Virus record (IMG/VR): IMGVR_UViG_2974752881_000001
Span: 3,360 to 67,359 of that record
DNA from: a virus
Lineage: Duplodnaviria > Caudoviricetes
Direction: 5' to 3' (one strand)
DNA: 64,000 nucleotides
Positions 29,210 through 37,680 of the stretch are shown piece after piece; position 1 is the stretch's first letter, and every line of letters starts with the position of its first letter. The notes beneath the pieces are model-generated. The model searched no databases, was not told the origin of the DNA, and was given only the letters and a program-made list of their open reading frames with translations. The position numbers and the translations under genes were made by a program.

Positions 29210-30319
29210 ATGGCGGACACGATCAAAGAGGCGATCGTCCAGCTCAGGCTGCGCTGGGACGGCGACGTCATGGACTTCGAGTCCGAACGCCGGGCCATCA
29301 TCGAGGTCACCAACGGCGTCGGCGAGCTGTTGCTCCCGCGGGGACGGCAGGGAGACCCGGGCAACGACGGCGAGCCTGGCCCGAAGCTCGCGCCGGACGT
29401 CCTGATCAACGAGGCCAACGACGCCGACGTCACTGCACAGCTCCCCCAGGGGCTCGCCGACGGTGACCGCGGGTACGTCGTGCTCAACGACATCACCAAG
29501 ACCGCATGGTTCTGGTCCGGCACTGAGTGGATCATCGTCCACGACGTCGTCGGCCTCCAGGGCGAGATCGGCCCGTCGGTCGGCTTCACCGTCGGCACCG
29601 TGACCACCTCCCCCTCCGGCGGGAACGCCTCGGTGTCCATCGACCCGGCCAGCACCCCGACCAACAAGATCCTGAACTTCATGCTCCCCCGCGGCGACAA
29701 GGGGGCCGTCGGCGTCGGCCAGAAGGGCGATCCCGGCGAGGCCATCACCGAAGCGGCCGACTTCGCCATGCCCGAGGGAGGTCTCGAAGACGGCCAAGTG
29801 CCAGTCTGGGATGAGACCGTCGGCAAGTTCGTCCCGCTCACCATCACCAGCGGCCCGGTCGGCCCCTACGGCATTGGCCCGAACGAGTTCACCGTCGTCA
29901 CCGACAACAACTGGTCGAACGACTACAAGGTCGTCGCTCAAATGGAGATCCCCGCACAGGGATTCGCCTGGCACCCGCGGGTCTTCGCACAGTGCGACGT
30001 CCGCCTGACCGGCATCCAGGCGCGCGTGGACCTCGAAGCTCGACTCGGCTCGCCGACCGGCCCCGTCATCGGCCGCGGGCCGGGGCACACCATCTCGGCG
30101 TTCATCGACAACTACTACCCGCGAGACCTCTCCCCGGCATTCGAGGGAGGCCCGATCACCCCCGACTCCTCGGCGTACTCGGTGGCCAAGGGGGCCGTCG
30201 GCGTCATCTACCTGGTGATCCGTCGGATCGACACCCTGGCATCGTTCGGCGTCAGCACCCGGCGGGATCGTGCGTCGATGACCGTCTACTGCGACCCGAT
30301 CCCGGGGTCGGAGACGTAG
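29210..30319 (+). CDS. minor tail protein with short collagen-like G-X-Y stretches
   Basis: PRGRQGDPGNDGEPGP, PRGDKGAVGVGQKGDPG; SD GAGGGAG. Confidence 0.85.
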   Translation: MADTIKEAIVQLRLRWDGDVMDFESERRAIIEVTNGVGELLLPRGRQGDPGNDGEPGPKLAPDVLINEANDADVTAQLPQGLADGDRGYVVLNDITKTAWFWSGTEWIIVHDVVGLQGEIGPSVGFTVGTVTTSPSGGNASVSIDPASTPTNKILNFMLPRGDKGAVGVGQKGDPGEAITEAADFAMPEGGLEDGQVPVWDETVGKFVPLTITSGPVGPYGIGPNEFTVVTDNNWSNDYKVVAQMEIPAQGFAWHPRVFAQCDVRLTGIQARVDLEARLGSPTGPVIGRGPGHTISAFIDNYYPRDLSPAFEGGPITPDSSAYSVAKGAVGVIYLVIRRIDTLASFGVSTRRDRASMTVYCDPIPGSET

Positions 30320-30320
30320 G

Positions 30321-32879
30321 GTGAGCAGTCCTCTCGACCTCAACCCGCGGACGCCGGAGGAACTGCTTCGCGCGGGTAGTCAGATCGCGCTGAAACGGGA
30401 CATCTGGGACCCGAAGAGCGTCCAGGAGATCGTCGCCAAGATCTTCGAGCTGTTCGACTTCGACATCCCCAATTGGCAAGACGCCATTGCCAATTGGGAA
30501 GCGCTGAAGGATGCATTCGAGGGGAAGTATGTCGGAAATGACATCGCCCTCAACATCATCCAGAACACCATGGGTACGATCCGGAGACTGGTCACCGGAC
30601 TCATCGACCCTTCTCGACTCCCCCTGATCCCCTTCTCCCACATCGGCGAGAGCTACCCCAACCTGCTAGACAACGGCAGCTTCGAGGGGCCGGACTCGCT
30701 CGTCGGCGACGAGGTCTGGGAGTGGGACGGCACCGAGGGGCACACGACCCCCGGCTCGGCACGCGCGACGGCCGACGGAACCCGAAAGGTGTTGCTGTCC
30801 AACGCCGTTGCAGCCACCCCGGAGCAGAAGTTCAACATCGCCGGATGGGTCAAGTGGGCTGGGTTGACCGCCGGTCCCGCAGCGCTGCGCGTCTCCGCAG
30901 TCGCCTACAACGGCCCCGCGGTGGTCAACGAGGCGGTCGTCGTGAACGCCGACTCCCCGGGGGCCTCGTCCAACTGGATCGAGTTCACCGGCGTCTACCA
31001 AGTCCCCGCCGGAGCGACCAGCGTCCGCGTGCAGGTCGAGGTCGGCGCCAGCGCGTCGGCGGGCACCGTGTGGTGGGACGACATCAAGGTCTCGAAGTAC
31101 GGCAGCCTGCCCCAGCGCTTCATCGGCGGGCTCATCGACGCACTCGGGGATCTCGGCGACGGCATCGCCGCCATCGTCGGCCGGGTCGGCGACTTCTTCG
31201 ACAACATCACCGGCCGCGTCGGCGCGACGATCGTCGACATCCAGGAGTGGATCTCCCAGCTCGGCACGATCCTCGGTGGCGGCACCGTCGGAGCGGGCAT
31301 CCTGCCAACCCTGTCCAACGGCCTCCGCGGGGTCGTCGGGGGCATCCAGGACTTCGCACAGAACATCCTCGACGCCATCATCCGCGCGATCCGCGGCGTC
31401 CCCTTCGTCGGCGGCTCGCTGGCCAACCTGATCGAGGAAGTGACCGGCCTGCGCACCACGGCCGACGTCGCCAAGACCACCGCGATCTCCGCGGACCTGA
31501 AGGCCGAAGACCTCGCGGCCAACGTGCGCGATGGTGCCGAGAACACCGGCACAGCCGCCGGGACCGGGCCGATCGCACAGGCGTTCGAGGCCGTCCGCGG
31601 GCTCCGCCGCCGGGCCGACGAGGCGCAGGAAGCGGCCGTCGTCGCGCAGCAACAGCTCCAGGAACTCCTGGCCTCCAACGAGGCCGGTGCCTCCGGCGGC
31701 CGTAGCGGCACCGACACCATCAACCGGCCGGACGCCAACACCCTCGGCCCGCTGTGGATCTCGAACAACGTCGGCGGCGGCCAGCTCTCGATCGTCAACA
31801 ACGCAATCGAGCTGACCTACAGCAACGTCGAGCAACCGGCCCGCGGGTACGCGCTCTGGGACGGCGAGGCGCCGGTCAGCGACTACTTCCAGAACACCGT
31901 CGTGCTGAAGAGTGGGTTCTCCAGCTCGCTCGGCGGTGGCACCCCCTATCTCTACCTGCTCAACCGGTGGGATGGCCTCTGGGTCGGCAACGACGCGAGC
32001 AACCTCATGCCGAACAACGCGATCATGACTCGGATCTCCCGGACCGGCGGGCTCGCGGTGTACATCGTCCTCAACGGCGTGCCTGGCAACCCGGTCGCCA
32101 CTTCCGACGTCGAGGACCCGCGCGCCGGTGACGTGATCCAGTTTCGTCCCGGGTCGTTGGCGAACGAGCGGCAGTTCTCCCTGCTCTACAACGGTCGCAC
32201 AGTGGCCGGTCACACCGACAACGCGGACCTCTCGAAGATGGGTCCGGTGTTCCGGCGACACGGCGTCGCGATGTACGGCGAGGGAGTCCCCTTCATCGGT
32301 TGGAAGCGGCCGTCGCCGATCTCCAGCTACTCCTGGTCGGACATCCCCGGCGGTGGCATCGTGCTCGGGAACGCCTTCCGATACTCGCGCGTCGCCGCGG
32401 CGTCGGTCAACCAGCCTGTCAACGCTCGCATCCCAGCGAACTTCTTTGACACGCAAGTCATGTCGGAGGACATTAAACCCCCGGCCGGAACGACCTATGA
32501 CTACGCCCACGGGGAGTTCGTCGTGACGAAGGAAGGCTGGTGGCAGTTCGAGCTGATGTACACCGGCACCACCGTGGTGATCGACTCCTCCTCCTCCTCC
32601 CTTCTTCGCCCGGTGCTGTTCCATGGTCAAGGGACCGTGGGGAACTCTTCGATCCCGATGTCGACCACCGTCCGCGTTAACCCGGACCAAGACGACCCAG
32701 ACACCTTCGGAGACCAGGGGAAACAGGCACTCTCCATCACCCAGGCGATGGGCTCGGTCATGAGATACTGCACCGTCGGCGAGCGGGTTGCCCCTGGGTG
32801 GGGAGCGAGCGGACCGGCCAGTCTCGTCGGGGTTGCCGACGGATACGGAACGTCGTTCTCCGGACGACTGCTGAGCTAG
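30321..32879 (+). CDS. large minor tail protein with CBM-like domain (host-recognition candidate)
   Basis: NLLDNGSFEG...WWDDIKV carbohydrate-binding-module-like segment; 852 aa. Confidence 0.85.
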   Translation: MSSPLDLNPRTPEELLRAGSQIALKRDIWDPKSVQEIVAKIFELFDFDIPNWQDAIANWEALKDAFEGKYVGNDIALNIIQNTMGTIRRLVTGLIDPSRLPLIPFSHIGESYPNLLDNGSFEGPDSLVGDEVWEWDGTEGHTTPGSARATADGTRKVLLSNAVAATPEQKFNIAGWVKWAGLTAGPAALRVSAVAYNGPAVVNEAVVVNADSPGASSNWIEFTGVYQVPAGATSVRVQVEVGASASAGTVWWDDIKVSKYGSLPQRFIGGLIDALGDLGDGIAAIVGRVGDFFDNITGRVGATIVDIQEWISQLGTILGGGTVGAGILPTLSNGLRGVVGGIQDFAQNILDAIIRAIRGVPFVGGSLANLIEEVTGLRTTADVAKTTAISADLKAEDLAANVRDGAENTGTAAGTGPIAQAFEAVRGLRRRADEAQEAAVVAQQQLQELLASNEAGASGGRSGTDTINRPDANTLGPLWISNNVGGGQLSIVNNAIELTYSNVEQPARGYALWDGEAPVSDYFQNTVVLKSGFSSSLGGGTPYLYLLNRWDGLWVGNDASNLMPNNAIMTRISRTGGLAVYIVLNGVPGNPVATSDVEDPRAGDVIQFRPGSLANERQFSLLYNGRTVAGHTDNADLSKMGPVFRRHGVAMYGEGVPFIGWKRPSPISSYSWSDIPGGGIVLGNAFRYSRVAAASVNQPVNARIPANFFDTQVMSEDIKPPAGTTYDYAHGEFVVTKEGWWQFELMYTGTTVVIDSSSSSLLRPVLFHGQGTVGNSSIPMSTTVRVNPDQDDPDTFGDQGKQALSITQAMGSVMRYCTVGERVAPGWGASGPASLVGVADGYGTSFSGRLLS

Positions 32880-32887
32880 GGGAGACA

Positions 32888-33055
32888 ATGTCGGAAACCA
32901 TTCTCGCACAGTTCGATTCGCTGCCCGGCGTCGACGTCGTGCTCACCCGAGGACACGACGAGTTCGGCCCGGACTTCATCTCGGTCGAGTGCTACCGCAA
33001 CGGCGAGCTGATCCGCGGTGCCAACGGCGGGTTCAGCGGTCCCGGGGCCGTCTGA
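32888..33055 (+). CDS. 55-aa hypothetical tail-region protein
   Basis: SD GGGGAGA; MSETILAQFD... Confidence 0.7.
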   Translation: MSETILAQFDSLPGVDVVLTRGHDEFGPDFISVECYRNGELIRGANGGFSGPGAV

Positions 33056-33058
33056 CCG

Positions 33059-34120
33059 ATGTGGACCCCGGCGCCGGTCCCCGACGTCGAGATCAACCCT
33101 GGTCTCGGCTGGTCGGCCGACGGTCCACAACCACCACCCACCGACCCCCTTGTCGGCTGGTGGGCCACGAAGCAGGCTCTCGCGTCGTTCGAGGGGAGCG
33201 GCGAGTTCCGAGCGGTCCTCCTGGCCCACCTCCTCGCGACCGCAGTGGCGGACGGGTCATTCTCGGCCTCCGCGGCGGTCCACCTCCTCGCGAAAGTCAT
33301 CGGAGAGGGATCGTTCCCGGCGTCGGTTGCGGCGCATCTCAATGGCCAGTTCACCGGCGCCGGAGAGTTCTCGGCCCGACTCGCCCTCCCCGCCAGCGCG
33401 AGCTTCACCGGAACCGGATCGTTCCAGGCCATGGTGGCGGCTCACCTTCTCGCCTCGGCGGCGCAGGGGGAGGGCTCTTTTGCCGCGGGCCAGCTTGCGC
33501 ACCTGATCGCGAGTTTCACCGGAGCCGGGTCCTTCTCCGCGTCGGCGGCCTTCAGTCCCGTCGAGCCGGTCACGACCGCTTTCACCACGGTCGGGGCCTT
33601 CTCCTACCCGATCCCGGGGTGGTGTACCTACCTCGACCTCATCGTGCTCGGCGGCGGCCGAGGCGGCCAGACCGGCTCCGGCGCGAACAGTCAACCCGGC
33701 TCCGGCGGTCTCCCTGGAGAATGGGCCGTCGCGACGCTCCAGCGCGGCGTCAACATCCCCTGGAGCGAAGCGCAGCTCACCGGAACCGTTGGCGCCGGTG
33801 GGGCCGGAGGCGCGAACTCCGACAACGCCGCGGGGCAGCCCGGCGGCAACTCCACGGTCGTCGCATCGGTCGGCACGCTCACCGGCCTCGGAGGAACCGG
33901 AGTCAACAGCGGCTCGACGAGGCGTGATGGACCCGGCCCGGGCAACTACACTTACCTCGGCATCGAGTACATCGGCGGTGCGCTGTCTGACGGCAGCGGG
34001 CTCCCCGGCAACCCACCCGGCGGCGGCGGGTCCGGCGGCAACGGTGGCATCTTCGGCAACAGGACCCGCGGCGGCGCGGGAGCGAGAGGGCAGGTATGGA
34101 TCAGGGCACGACAGTCGTGA
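33059..34120 (+). CDS. glycine-rich minor tail protein
   Basis: repeated G-x-G-x-F-x-A units and GGGGxG-rich C-terminus. Confidence 0.85.
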   Translation: MWTPAPVPDVEINPGLGWSADGPQPPPTDPLVGWWATKQALASFEGSGEFRAVLLAHLLATAVADGSFSASAAVHLLAKVIGEGSFPASVAAHLNGQFTGAGEFSARLALPASASFTGTGSFQAMVAAHLLASAAQGEGSFAAGQLAHLIASFTGAGSFSASAAFSPVEPVTTAFTTVGAFSYPIPGWCTYLDLIVLGGGRGGQTGSGANSQPGSGGLPGEWAVATLQRGVNIPWSEAQLTGTVGAGGAGGANSDNAAGQPGGNSTVVASVGTLTGLGGTGVNSGSTRRDGPGPGNYTYLGIEYIGGALSDGSGLPGNPPGGGGSGGNGGIFGNRTRGGAGARGQVWIRARQS

Positions 34121-34395
34121 CGTTCGAGACCGAGCTGTGGATCGAGTTCGGCAGCTACGCGCTCATGCCGGTCGACACCGAGATCCTCTACAGCTCAATC
34201 GAGGATCGGTTCATCGTCGCGGCCTGCTTCACCACCTACGACTACGGGCCCTTCTCCGACGGGTACGCTCCGACCTTCGAGTTCGAGGGCCTTCGGATCT
34301 CGGCAAGTCTGTTCGGCGAGATCGACTCGGCCGTCGTCACCTGCATCAGCTCACCCAGCGGGGATGGGTCCCGCATCACCACGATCAAGGAGTGA
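34117..34395 (+). CDS. hypothetical tail-region protein
   Basis: GTGA overlap (alternative ATG at 34096). Confidence 0.7.
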   Translation: MTFETELWIEFGSYALMPVDTEILYSSIEDRFIVAACFTTYDYGPFSDGYAPTFEFEGLRISASLFGEIDSAVVTCISSPSGDGSRITTIKE

Positions 34396-34398
34396 TCC

Positions 34399-34743
34399 AT
34401 GGCCTCAACCAACGCCGACCGTATCGCCATCGCCGAGTTCATGGCGGGACGAGGGAACAAGATCACCCCGCACAACGGGGACCCCGGCACCACCGGCGCC
34501 AGCCGCATCGGCACCCTGGAGGGCAACACCACCTGGGGAGCCGGGTCGGTCGCGGGGACCGTCGCAACGGTCGTGGGATCGGCGGTGCCCTTCAGCATCC
34601 CGGCCAACACCACAGTCAGCCACTACGGGATGTGGAATGGGTCGACCTTCCTTCGTGGGTATCCGATGGACAACCCGATCACCGTCGGAGCCGCGGCTAC
34701 CTCGGTCGACATCACGCCGACGGTCAAGTACAACGCGGCCTGA
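34399..34743 (+). CDS. small minor tail protein
   Basis: 114 aa; SD AAGGAG; TVSHYGMWNGSTF motif. Confidence 0.75.
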   Translation: MASTNADRIAIAEFMAGRGNKITPHNGDPGTTGASRIGTLEGNTTWGAGSVAGTVATVVGSAVPFSIPANTTVSHYGMWNGSTFLRGYPMDNPITVGAAATSVDITPTVKYNAA

Positions 34744-34751
34744 GTTTCGAC

Positions 34752-34799
34752 CAGTGCCTCTTGCCGGTGATACCTTCGGGACACCGGGAAGGGGTGCTG
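34752..34799 (+). promoter_or_regulatory. hairpin with cUUCGg loop sequestering the lysin A SD; internal -10-like TACCTT (34771-34776)
   Basis: CAGTGCCTCTT-G-CCGGTG...CACCGG-G-AAGGGGTGCTG; ends 1 nt before ATG 34801. Confidence 0.65.
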
Positions 34800-34800
34800 T

Positions 34801-35433
34801 ATGGCTGAGGGCGACGTCCTTCTGAAGTTCGATCACGTGATCATTCCGCAGGAGACCTACTACTGGTGTGGGCCTGCGACGATGCAGGTGCTCCTGTCGA
34901 TCCGCGGGATCAAGGTCACCGAGAAACACATGGCTGACCAGCTCCCCACCACGGTGAACGGGACGGACACGATCCGCTACCTCACCCGCGAGCTGAATGA
35001 GCGCCTCGGCGACATCTATCGCACCGTCGAGATCCCGAACCGAGGCAATCTCAACACCTTCCGCGAGCACGTTTTTCACTCGATCGACGCGGGTTACGGC
35101 GTCGGTGGCAACATCATGGTCCCGCCGGTCAACTACCCACGGCCGCAGCGAGGGGAGCGTGCGCGGTACAGCGGGGGATGGGTCTACCACTACTGGACGA
35201 TCGTGGCCTACAACCGGCGCCTCGACCAGGTGGCCATCGCCGACAGTGGGTTCCCGGACTACTTCTACTGGGTGACCGTCGAGCAGGCTCTCTCGATGAT
35301 CGAGGGCAAGGGGTACACCTGGGCCGCCAACGCCAAGGTGACCGACGACTTCCTCGGTCTGCTCACCGACGCCGAGATCGCGAAGGTGCTTGCCGGTGCC
35401 GCGCAGGTCGGCGAACCGCACAGGGGGCTGTGA
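34801..35433 (+). CDS. lysA: lysin A, peptidase C39-like part
   Basis: PQETYYWCGPAT (catalytic Cys), YHYWTIVAY (His), AIADSG (Asp). Confidence 0.9.
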   Translation: MAEGDVLLKFDHVIIPQETYYWCGPATMQVLLSIRGIKVTEKHMADQLPTTVNGTDTIRYLTRELNERLGDIYRTVEIPNRGNLNTFREHVFHSIDAGYGVGGNIMVPPVNYPRPQRGERARYSGGWVYHYWTIVAYNRRLDQVAIADSGFPDYFYWVTVEQALSMIEGKGYTWAANAKVTDDFLGLLTDAEIAKVLAGAAQVGEPHRGL

Positions 35434-36455
35434 TGGACGTCGCGACCCTCCGCAGGGCCCTCTCCCCGACCCCGCTGACTGATGCTGAGCTGGCCAACTA
35501 CCTGCCCGCGGTCGAGGCCGCCATGACCCAGGCAGGCGTGAACACCGTTCGTCGCGCCGCAGCGTGGTTCTCGCAGATCACCGTGGAGTCCGGCGGGCTT
35601 CGGTGGTTCGAGGAGATCTGGGGGCCGACCAGCCAGCAACGCGGATACGAGGGACGCCGGGATCTCGGCAACACGATCCCGGGTGACGGGTACCGCTTCC
35701 GCGGACGCGGTCCGATTCAGCTCACTGGCCGAAACAACTACCGCGAGTTCGGAAAGTGGTGTGTCGCACAGGGTCTCGTCACTGATCCCGAGCACTTCAC
35801 GAAGAATCCCGACCTGGTCGCAACGCCGAAGTGGGGGTTTCTCGCCGCGGCGAAGTACTGGTCGACCACCTTCCGCTACGGCAAGTCGATCAACCAGTGG
35901 GCCGACGAAGGTGACATCCTTGCGGTCAGCCGGTGCGTGAACGGCTGGATCGAGGGTCGCGAGCCCTACCACTTCGCAGAACGAAAGAAGAGCTGGAACA
36001 ACTGCCTCGCACTCGGCGAAGCAATCCTACCGGGAGGTTTTCTCATGGCCATCGACGAAGTCGGACAGCGCAAGATCCTCGGCGCCGCGATCCAGACCGC
36101 GGACCCGCAGCAGACCGACCTGGAGAAGGGGGTCATCGGCCCTCGTCCGCAGCGGCACACCCAGTACTACAACGTCGACGGTGCCCCGTCGCTGGCGGCG
36201 AAAGGCAAGAAGCTCGCCTACCTCCGCGCGATGGTCATGGACCTCTGGAACGAGCTGGTCTACGACGGCTACGTGGCCGAGGTCGAGGACCCCGCGCTCG
36301 ACGACAAGCGCTACGGCTCGCCGGTGCGATTCATCACCGCGATCCACAAGAACGTGCGGCAGAGCTTCCTGCTCATCCGCGCCATCGCCGAGAAGGTCGG
36401 CGTCGACACCAAGGCCGTGCTCGAACCGGCCCCCATCATCGAGGAGAAGAAGTGA
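35433..36455 (+). CDS. lysA: lysin A, glycoside hydrolase family 19 part
   Basis: QITVES, YEGRRDLGN..PGDGYRFRGRGPIQLTGRNNY; TGATG overlap. Confidence 0.92.
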   Translation: MDVATLRRALSPTPLTDAELANYLPAVEAAMTQAGVNTVRRAAAWFSQITVESGGLRWFEEIWGPTSQQRGYEGRRDLGNTIPGDGYRFRGRGPIQLTGRNNYREFGKWCVAQGLVTDPEHFTKNPDLVATPKWGFLAAAKYWSTTFRYGKSINQWADEGDILAVSRCVNGWIEGREPYHFAERKKSWNNCLALGEAILPGGFLMAIDEVGQRKILGAAIQTADPQQTDLEKGVIGPRPQRHTQYYNVDGAPSLAAKGKKLAYLRAMVMDLWNELVYDGYVAEVEDPALDDKRYGSPVRFITAIHKNVRQSFLLIRAIAEKVGVDTKAVLEPAPIIEEKK

Positions 36456-36766
36456 CCCTTCCCAACGTCCCTGACGTCCCGTCCAGCGTCCTGATCGACG
36501 AGCTCCGGAACACCCTCCAGGCTCAGCCCTGGTACCGGCGCTTCGCCAACACCGTCTCCTCGGCCGTCGGCGTCCTGTCGCTGGTCATCTGGGTCGCTGT
36601 CGCCAATGGTGTGGAAATCGACCCGGCAGTGCAGACTGGTGTCGGGGCCGTCCTCGCGGTCCTGACGATCCTCGGTGTGCTGAGAACCCCGAACGGTGTC
36701 ACTCCGCGCGGCGTGGCCACCGTCCAGGTTGCCGCCGTCACCGCTGCGCGACACCGACAGGAGTAA
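36452..36766 (+). CDS. holin
   Basis: GTGA overlap; 2 TM segments; TPNGVT motif; follows lysin. Confidence 0.8.
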   Translation: MTLPNVPDVPSSVLIDELRNTLQAQPWYRRFANTVSSAVGVLSLVIWVAVANGVEIDPAVQTGVGAVLAVLTILGVLRTPNGVTPRGVATVQVAAVTAARHRQE

Positions 36767-36770
36767 GCGA

Positions 36771-37277
36771 GTGCTCGATCGCCTGAAGAAGGCCCTCCCC
36801 GACCGCGGGAACTGGGTCCCCCTGATTCCCATGCCGATCAGGATGGTCATCCTGATTCTTTGGGCGATCGAGCCAATCTCGCGAGGATTGGACTACATCA
36901 CCGGTGACGGACCGAACGTCACCCAATCGCTCAACGCCGTCGAGAACGCCTTCCCGCTGCACGTGTGGGGGATCTTCTGCTTCACGGCGGGAGTCATGAT
37001 CCTGGTCGGGTTCGCCGGGAGGTGGAAGAGGATCGCGATCTCCGGGCTGCACCTGGCCGGAGCGACCTACTTCGCTCTCGCTTGCGGGCTGACCGATACC
37101 GCCATCGAACGTGGTGGTGACGGGTTTCGCACCCCGGTGATGTTCTTCATCTTCGCCTTCACATATTGGTGTGCGGCGTTCGGATACGCTTTGATCCGGC
37201 GAGAGCCAGTGGTCGTCGTGGACGACGACCCGGAAGACGCGAAGGTGCCCGATGGAACTGCCAATCCCCACGACTGA
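36771..37277 (+). CDS. membrane protein (4 TM) in lysis cassette
   Basis: multiple hydrophobic segments. Confidence 0.8.
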   Translation: MLDRLKKALPDRGNWVPLIPMPIRMVILILWAIEPISRGLDYITGDGPNVTQSLNAVENAFPLHVWGIFCFTAGVMILVGFAGRWKRIAISGLHLAGATYFALACGLTDTAIERGGDGFRTPVMFFIFAFTYWCAAFGYALIRREPVVVVDDDPEDAKVPDGTANPHD

Positions 37278-37680
37278 GAACTTCTGGCTCACCCTTCTCG
37301 TCTTCATCCTGTTCGGTTCCCCGGCTCTGTTCAGCAAGGGGATGGCCAAGGTGCCCGGGTTCCTCGGCGCCGGGGCCCGCTGGTGGCAGCGGCGGTCCGA
37401 GACCAACTCCCCGGCCGGACGGGTCATCACCGCGGCCAACCTCGATCGCATCATCGACGAGCGAGTCAGCGAGAAGGTCGGCCACGTCGAGAAGGAGGTC
37501 GAAGAGCTCCGGGAGGACGTCGACTCCTACTCCGAGTACCTCACCTACGACGCTGGCTGGCACCGCGAGATCAACATCTTCGCAGCTCAACAGGGGTTCG
37601 ACTTCCCACCCCCGCCACACATGACGTTCACCCAGTGGCGGGAGCGGAAGCGTGCCGCGCTGCTCGGCGATCAGGGCTGA
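37252..37680 (+). CDS. membrane-anchored coiled-coil protein in lysis cassette
   Basis: N-terminal TM, central coiled coil; stop overlaps primase stop convergently. Confidence 0.8.
   Translation: MELPIPTTENFWLTLLVFILFGSPALFSKGMAKVPGFLGAGARWWQRRSETNSPAGRVITAANLDRIIDERVSEKVGHVEKEVEELREDVDSYSEYLTYDAGWHREINIFAAQQGFDFPPPPHMTFTQWRERKRAALLGDQG

Noticed and set aside
34801-36455. Split lysin A (C39 peptidase + GH19) as a frameshifted gene
   Set aside because: Both ORFs have their own starts with TGATG coupling; two-gene lysin A is an established arrangement in Gordonia phages
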